From Candidatus Saccharicenans sp. (GTDB lineage: Bacteria; Acidobacteriota; Aminicenantia; Aminicenantales; Saccharicenantaceae): a stretch of DNA of 64,000 nt. Below the pieces are notes generated by a model. That model was not told the origin of the DNA. It worked only from the letters and a program-made list of their open reading frames with translations, and ran no database searches. Positions 60,035-64,000 of this stretch are shown piece by piece. The position numbers were made by a program, and so were the translations under genes. The DNA lies in the NCBI GenBank assembly GCA_035416665.1, contig DAOLNQ010000010.1, positions 1,228-65,227 on the forward strand, given 5' to 3'. Numbering within the stretch: the first letter of the stretch is position 1; the number at the start of each line of letters is the position of its first letter.

Positions 60035-60721
60035 ATGAAAACTAAAAATGTTTTATCAGTATCATCATCCGGGGACCAGTTCCGCCAGCGCCTGGTGACT
60101 CAGAGCCGGGAACTTTTCTTCAGGTACGGGTTTAGCCGGGTAAGCATGGATGAACTGGCCGAAGACCTGGGTATTAGCAAGGCCACCATCTACCGCTACT
60201 TTCCGGATAAAGAATCTTTATTGCGCGAAGTTCTGAAAGAGGTCAGGGGGGCTATGCTTTCTCAGCTCGAAGAGCTCCAGAGTAAAGCCGAACTTAGCTG
60301 CCGGGAAAAGCTTATGAATTTTTTCACCTCTCTGGGTCAGACCATGTCTTTAATCAACCGGGAATTGTTGAAAGATATCAGGTTCAAGTTGCCGGACGTC
60401 TGGCAGGAAATTGAAGCCTTCCGCCGTGAAAAAATTTTCCCAATCTTTTGCCAGATGGTTCTGGAAGGTGTAAAGAAAGGAGAAATCCGTTCCGACCTTG
60501 ATGCCAGGTTATTCCTGGAAATTTTCTATTTTCTGGCTCAGGAATTTGTCAACCCGGACTGGCTGGTCAAGAATGATTATGCTCCCTGGCAGCTTCTGGA
60601 TTCCATCATGAGAATATTGTTTTTTGGCATTTTCCTGGAGAAGGATAAGGCAGCCGGAGGAAAAAATGGACGCCACGAAAAAAACAAGAAGAGAAAAGGA
60701 CACAAAGATGAGAAAAAATAA
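60035..60721 (+). CDS. TetR/AcrR-family transcriptional regulator
   Basis: HTH SMDELAEDLGISKATIYRYF. The ORF track's start at 59993 would place the promoter inside the gene, so ATG 60035 (MKTKNVL) is preferred. Lys-rich C-terminal tail. Confidence 0.8.
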   Translation: MKTKNVLSVSSSGDQFRQRLVTQSRELFFRYGFSRVSMDELAEDLGISKATIYRYFPDKESLLREVLKEVRGAMLSQLEELQSKAELSCREKLMNFFTSLGQTMSLINRELLKDIRFKLPDVWQEIEAFRREKIFPIFCQMVLEGVKKGEIRSDLDARLFLEIFYFLAQEFVNPDWLVKNDYAPWQLLDSIMRILFFGIFLEKDKAAGGKNGRHEKNKKRKGHKDEKK

Positions 60722-61718
60722 AACGACAAAAAAATTGACCAAGATCTTCTTCAAAGGTCAGTTATTATTGTGGGCAGGCGTTTTGTCTTTCAATTTTCTC
60801 GCCTGTCAGCGGAACCCTGAAGAAGGCTACATCACGGCTACGGGCACGGTTGAGGCCCGGACTTCCAGGATAAGTCCCAGGGGCAGTGGTCGAGTGCTGA
60901 GAATCCAGGTAGAAGAAGGACAGGCGGTAAAACCCGGAGATCTGTTAGTGGAACTGGAACATGATTATTTAGACCTGCAATTAAAACAGGCTGAGGCTAA
61001 CCAGAAGCAGGCTGAAGCCCAGTTAGCTCTTTTGAAAAAAGGAGCCAGGGCAGAAGAAATAGAGCAAGCCCAGCAGCAGCTCAAACAGGCTGAAATTAGC
61101 CTGAACCAGGCCCGGGTTGATGCTGAAAGGTACAAAAACCTCTATGCTAGGGGAAGTGTGACCAAAAGACAGCTGGAAGAAGCTGAAAACCGACTGGCTC
61201 TGTCTGAAGCTCAATACCATCAGGCTGAGGAAATGCTTAGAAAACTTAAAAAGCTGGCCAGACCGGAGGAAATTAAGGCCGCCGAAGCCCGGGTAGCTCA
61301 AGCAGAAGCGGCGGTGGAGTTGCTCAGGAAGAATATTGAAGATTGTCTGGTTTTATGCCCGGTGGCCGGCGTGGTTACAGCCAGGGCAGTGGAACCAGGC
61401 GAACTGGTCAATCCATCTTCTGTTCTGGTGACTGTTTCCAAACTGGACCCGGTTTACCTCTGGGTTTATCTGAGCGAAGTAGAGGTGGGGAAAATTCGGC
61501 TGGGTCAAAAGGCAGAAGTCTCTGTAGATAGTTTTCCGGGGCAGAAGTTTACCGGTCAGGTTGTTTACATTTCGCCTGAAGCTGAGTTCACCCCCAAAAA
61601 TATTCAGACCAAAGAAGACCGGGTGAAACTGGTCTTCCGGGTAAAGGTTGAAATTCCCAACCCTGAGGGCCGCTTAAAACCTGGCTTGCCGGCTGAAGCG
61701 CTACTTAAGGTTTTATGA
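60666..61718 (+). CDS. HlyD-family membrane-fusion protein (YbhG-like)
   Basis: TM anchor, long coiled-coil (QAEAQLALLKKGAR...), beta-barrel C-terminus. ATG 60666 follows GGAGGAAAAA. Alternative starts are 60624 and 60708. Confidence 0.8.
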   Translation: MDATKKTRREKDTKMRKNKTTKKLTKIFFKGQLLLWAGVLSFNFLACQRNPEEGYITATGTVEARTSRISPRGSGRVLRIQVEEGQAVKPGDLLVELEHDYLDLQLKQAEANQKQAEAQLALLKKGARAEEIEQAQQQLKQAEISLNQARVDAERYKNLYARGSVTKRQLEEAENRLALSEAQYHQAEEMLRKLKKLARPEEIKAAEARVAQAEAAVELLRKNIEDCLVLCPVAGVVTARAVEPGELVNPSSVLVTVSKLDPVYLWVYLSEVEVGKIRLGQKAEVSVDSFPGQKFTGQVVYISPEAEFTPKNIQTKEDRVKLVFRVKVEIPNPEGRLKPGLPAEALLKVL

Positions 61719-62650
61719 CCTCCATGTCCGATTTGGTGTTGAAAATTAAAGGGCTGGGCAAGAGCTTTGCCGGGGTGAAAGCCCTGGATGGAGTGGACCT
61801 TGAAGTTGGGCGTGGGGAGTTTGTCTGTCTGGTTGGGCCGGATGGAGCGGGCAAAACTACCCTCATCCGCCTCATCTGCGGTCTGGAGCAAGCAGACCGG
61901 GGGGAGATTGAATATTTTGGCCGCCAACAGAAAAAGCTGGGTTCAAAGGAAAGGGTCAGGCTCGGCTACCTTTCCCAGTATTTCAGCCTTTATGAAGACC
62001 TGACGGTGGAGGAAAACCTGGATTTCTTTTCTCGCCTTTACGGTCAGGCCAGAAATCAGGAGCTCGTAGAAAGGCTCCTGGAATTTACCAGAATGACGCC
62101 TTTTCGGCAGAGGCAGGCGGGTAAATTATCCGGGGGCATGAAACAAAAGCTGGCTCTGGCCTGTACCCTGGTTCATCAGCCTGACCTTTTGCTGCTGGAT
62201 GAGCCGACCACCGGCGTGGATCCGGTTTCCAGACGAGATTTCTGGCAGATTCTTTTTAACCTGCAGCTTCAGGGCAAAGCCATACTGATGTCCACACCTT
62301 ACCTGGATGAGGCCGAACGAGCCAGCCGGGTGGCTCTTATTCATCAGGGAAGGCTCCTGGCTTTTGAGACGCCAGATAACCTTAAAAAACAATTCGCTGG
62401 CCGGGTGTTTGAACTTATCACTTCTGACCCACAGAGCTGGTATAAGAGGCTAAAAAGCCAGGCAGTGTTTCTGGACCTTCAGCTTTTTGGTGACCGCCTT
62501 CATCTGGTGGTCAGACCGGAAGTACAGGTTTCCGAAATAGCGGAATTTCTGATCAATCAGGGAGTTAAAGTGGAGCATCTTGAAGAGGTCCCCCCGGGTT
62601 TGGAAAATGTCTTTATTTTCCTGATTAATAAAAGCGGAGGTCAGAATTGA
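61715..62650 (+). CDS. ABC transporter ATP-binding protein
   Basis: 311 aa. Walker A GPDGAGKTT, signature LSGGMKQK, Walker B LLLLDEP. Confidence 0.9.
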   Translation: MTSMSDLVLKIKGLGKSFAGVKALDGVDLEVGRGEFVCLVGPDGAGKTTLIRLICGLEQADRGEIEYFGRQQKKLGSKERVRLGYLSQYFSLYEDLTVEENLDFFSRLYGQARNQELVERLLEFTRMTPFRQRQAGKLSGGMKQKLALACTLVHQPDLLLLDEPTTGVDPVSRRDFWQILFNLQLQGKAILMSTPYLDEAERASRVALIHQGRLLAFETPDNLKKQFAGRVFELITSDPQSWYKRLKSQAVFLDLQLFGDRLHLVVRPEVQVSEIAEFLINQGVKVEHLEEVPPGLENVFIFLINKSGGQN

Positions 62651-63594
62651 GCCGGCTGGCCGTTGAAGCTCAGGGTTTGAGCAAAAAGTTTGGTCCTTTT
62701 CTGGCCGTGGACCATGTTTCTTTGAGCATAAGTTATGGGAGTATTTTTGGGTTTCTGGGAGCCAACGGCGCTGGAAAATCAACTACCATCAGGATGCTTT
62801 GTGGCCTGCTGCGGCCGAGCGCTGGCTGGGCCCGGGTGGCTGATTATGATGTTCTTACCGAGGCCGACCGAATAAAAAAAGTCATCGGCTACATGTCCCA
62901 GAGGTTTTCTCTTTACCAGGATTTAACCGTGCAGGAAAACCTTGAATTCTTCGGCCGGGTTTATGGTTTAAACGGAAGCAAGTTAAAAAGCCGAATAACA
63001 CAGGTGAAAGAACTGGTAGGTCTTCAAGGACTGGAAAATAAGCTGACCGGGAAAATGCCTTCTGGCTGGAAGCAGAAACTGGCTCTGAGTTGCGCTATTT
63101 TACACGAACCTGAAGTTATCTTTTTGGACGAGCCCACCGGTGGGGTGGACCCCATTTCTCGGAGAAACTTCTGGGAACTGATTTATAAAATGTCTGAAGA
63201 GGGTCGGGCCGTGCTGGTTACCACCCATTATCTGGATGAAGCTGAATACTGCCACGAACTGAGCCTCATTCACGCCGGTCGGATAATTGCCAGCGGCGGC
63301 CCGCGGGAAATGAAGAAAAATTATTTTCCGGGCAACCTTTTAGAACTGGCCTGCTCGAAACCTCTTAAAATTTATGAAAAACTAAAAACCTGGCCTGAGG
63401 TTCAGGGAGTTTCTCTTTTCGGGACCAGGTTACATGTCCTGGTGGAAAAAGAAGGCCTGCAGAAGTTTAAGCAGAGGTTAGAAAGTCTTGGACTGGAATT
63501 TTCTCTCAGGCTGATAAATCCGACTCTGGAGGATGTTTTCATTCATCAACTGGAAAAGGAAGCGGAGAAGGATAAGGCCAATGGGCACAGTTAG
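62647..63594 (+). CDS. ABC transporter ATP-binding protein (second ATPase)
   Basis: 315 aa. Walker A GANGAGKST, signature-like MPSGWKQK, Walker B VIFLDEP. Confidence 0.9.
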   Translation: MSRLAVEAQGLSKKFGPFLAVDHVSLSISYGSIFGFLGANGAGKSTTIRMLCGLLRPSAGWARVADYDVLTEADRIKKVIGYMSQRFSLYQDLTVQENLEFFGRVYGLNGSKLKSRITQVKELVGLQGLENKLTGKMPSGWKQKLALSCAILHEPEVIFLDEPTGGVDPISRRNFWELIYKMSEEGRAVLVTTHYLDEAEYCHELSLIHAGRIIASGGPREMKKNYFPGNLLELACSKPLKIYEKLKTWPEVQGVSLFGTRLHVLVEKEGLQKFKQRLESLGLEFSLRLINPTLEDVFIHQLEKEAEKDKANGHS

Positions 63595-64000
63595 GATAAA
63601 ACCGGTCATCCAGAAGGAGCTGCTGCACATCAGGCGCGACCCGCTCAGTCTGGTGCTGCTGCTGGTCCTTCCAGTGTTTATTCTTGTTCTTTATGGCTAT
63701 GCCCTGAATTTTGATGTCAAGCACCTGAGCCTTGCGGTAGTGGACCTGGACAACAGCCAGAGCAGCCGGGAACTGGTGGCCAGGCTCACCTCTGGAGAAT
63801 ATTTTGACCTTAAGTATCGGCCAGAGAAAGTCTCAGATCTGGACGAGCTCTTTGACCACGAGAAGATAAAGATAGCTCTAGTCCTACCGGAAAATTTTGG
63901 TCGGGACCTGGTTTCTGGCCGCGGGCCTGCAGTGCAAATTTTACTGGACGGGACCAACCCCACACCTGCTCAGACCGGTTTAGGTTATCTGAGCAACATC
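63581..64000 (+). CDS. ABC-2 type transporter permease (5' partial, runs off the window)
   Basis: Hand translation: MGTVRIKPVIQKELLHIRRDPLSLVLLLVLPVF...LLDGTNP, with no stop before 64000. N-terminus is typical of YbhS/YbhR-like permeases. Absent from the ORF track. Confidence 0.8.
   Translation, partial: MGTVRIKPVIQKELLHIRRDPLSLVLLLVLPVFILVLYGYALNFDVKHLSLAVVDLDNSQSSRELVARLTSGEYFDLKYRPEKVSDLDELFDHEKIKIALVLPENFGRDLVSGRGPAVQILLDGTNPTPAQTGLGYLSNI

Overview
Bacterial chromosomal segment with moderate GC, probably from a diderm given the beta-barrel OMP, MltD-like lipoprotein and Tat/Sec signals. I saw no IS element, integrase, prophage gene or CRISPR array.

Positions 1-34.9 kb, all on the + strand, hold the translation/transcription super-operon:
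- An ECF sigma / anti-sigma / Spy-like envelope-stress trio.
- tRNA-Thr, tRNA-Tyr, tRNA-Gly, tRNA-Thr, then tuf, rpmG, tRNA-Trp, secE, nusG, rplKAJL and rpoBC.
- rpsL, rpsG, fusA and a second tuf.
- The complete S10, spc and alpha operons, including secY, adk, map, infA and rpmJ.

Positions 34.9-64 kb are mixed housekeeping and accessory genes:
- A murein-peptide recycling set: NlpC/P60, dipeptide epimerase, class-A beta-lactamase-like protein and MltD.
- galE, cca and a large S9-peptidase/FGE-sulfatase fusion.
- A LEA14-like protein, a GT2 glycosyltransferase and an OMP.
- tsaC, metG, folE, larC, mtnP and a PfkB kinase.
- Tryptophanase convergent with an orphan trpB2.
- A Tat-exported GH109-like oxidoreductase and a flippase-like membrane protein.
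- A TetR / HlyD / 2x ABC-ATPase / ABC-2 permease efflux module that runs off the window end.

Most notable observations:
1. An unannotated 30-codon leader ORF ending SWFWWAD* lies between a consensus promoter and trpB2. It is a candidate tryptophan attenuator.
2. Both tuf copies are nucleotide-identical, have an aberrant purine-ending codon usage, and encode an EF-Tu that lacks the canonical APEE..RGITI switch-I motif.
3. rpoB carries an 8-Cys (2x Cys4) insertion of about 65 aa.
4. An S9 peptidase is fused to an FGE-sulfatase domain.
5. An enolase-superfamily dipeptide epimerase carries an export (Tat-like) signal.
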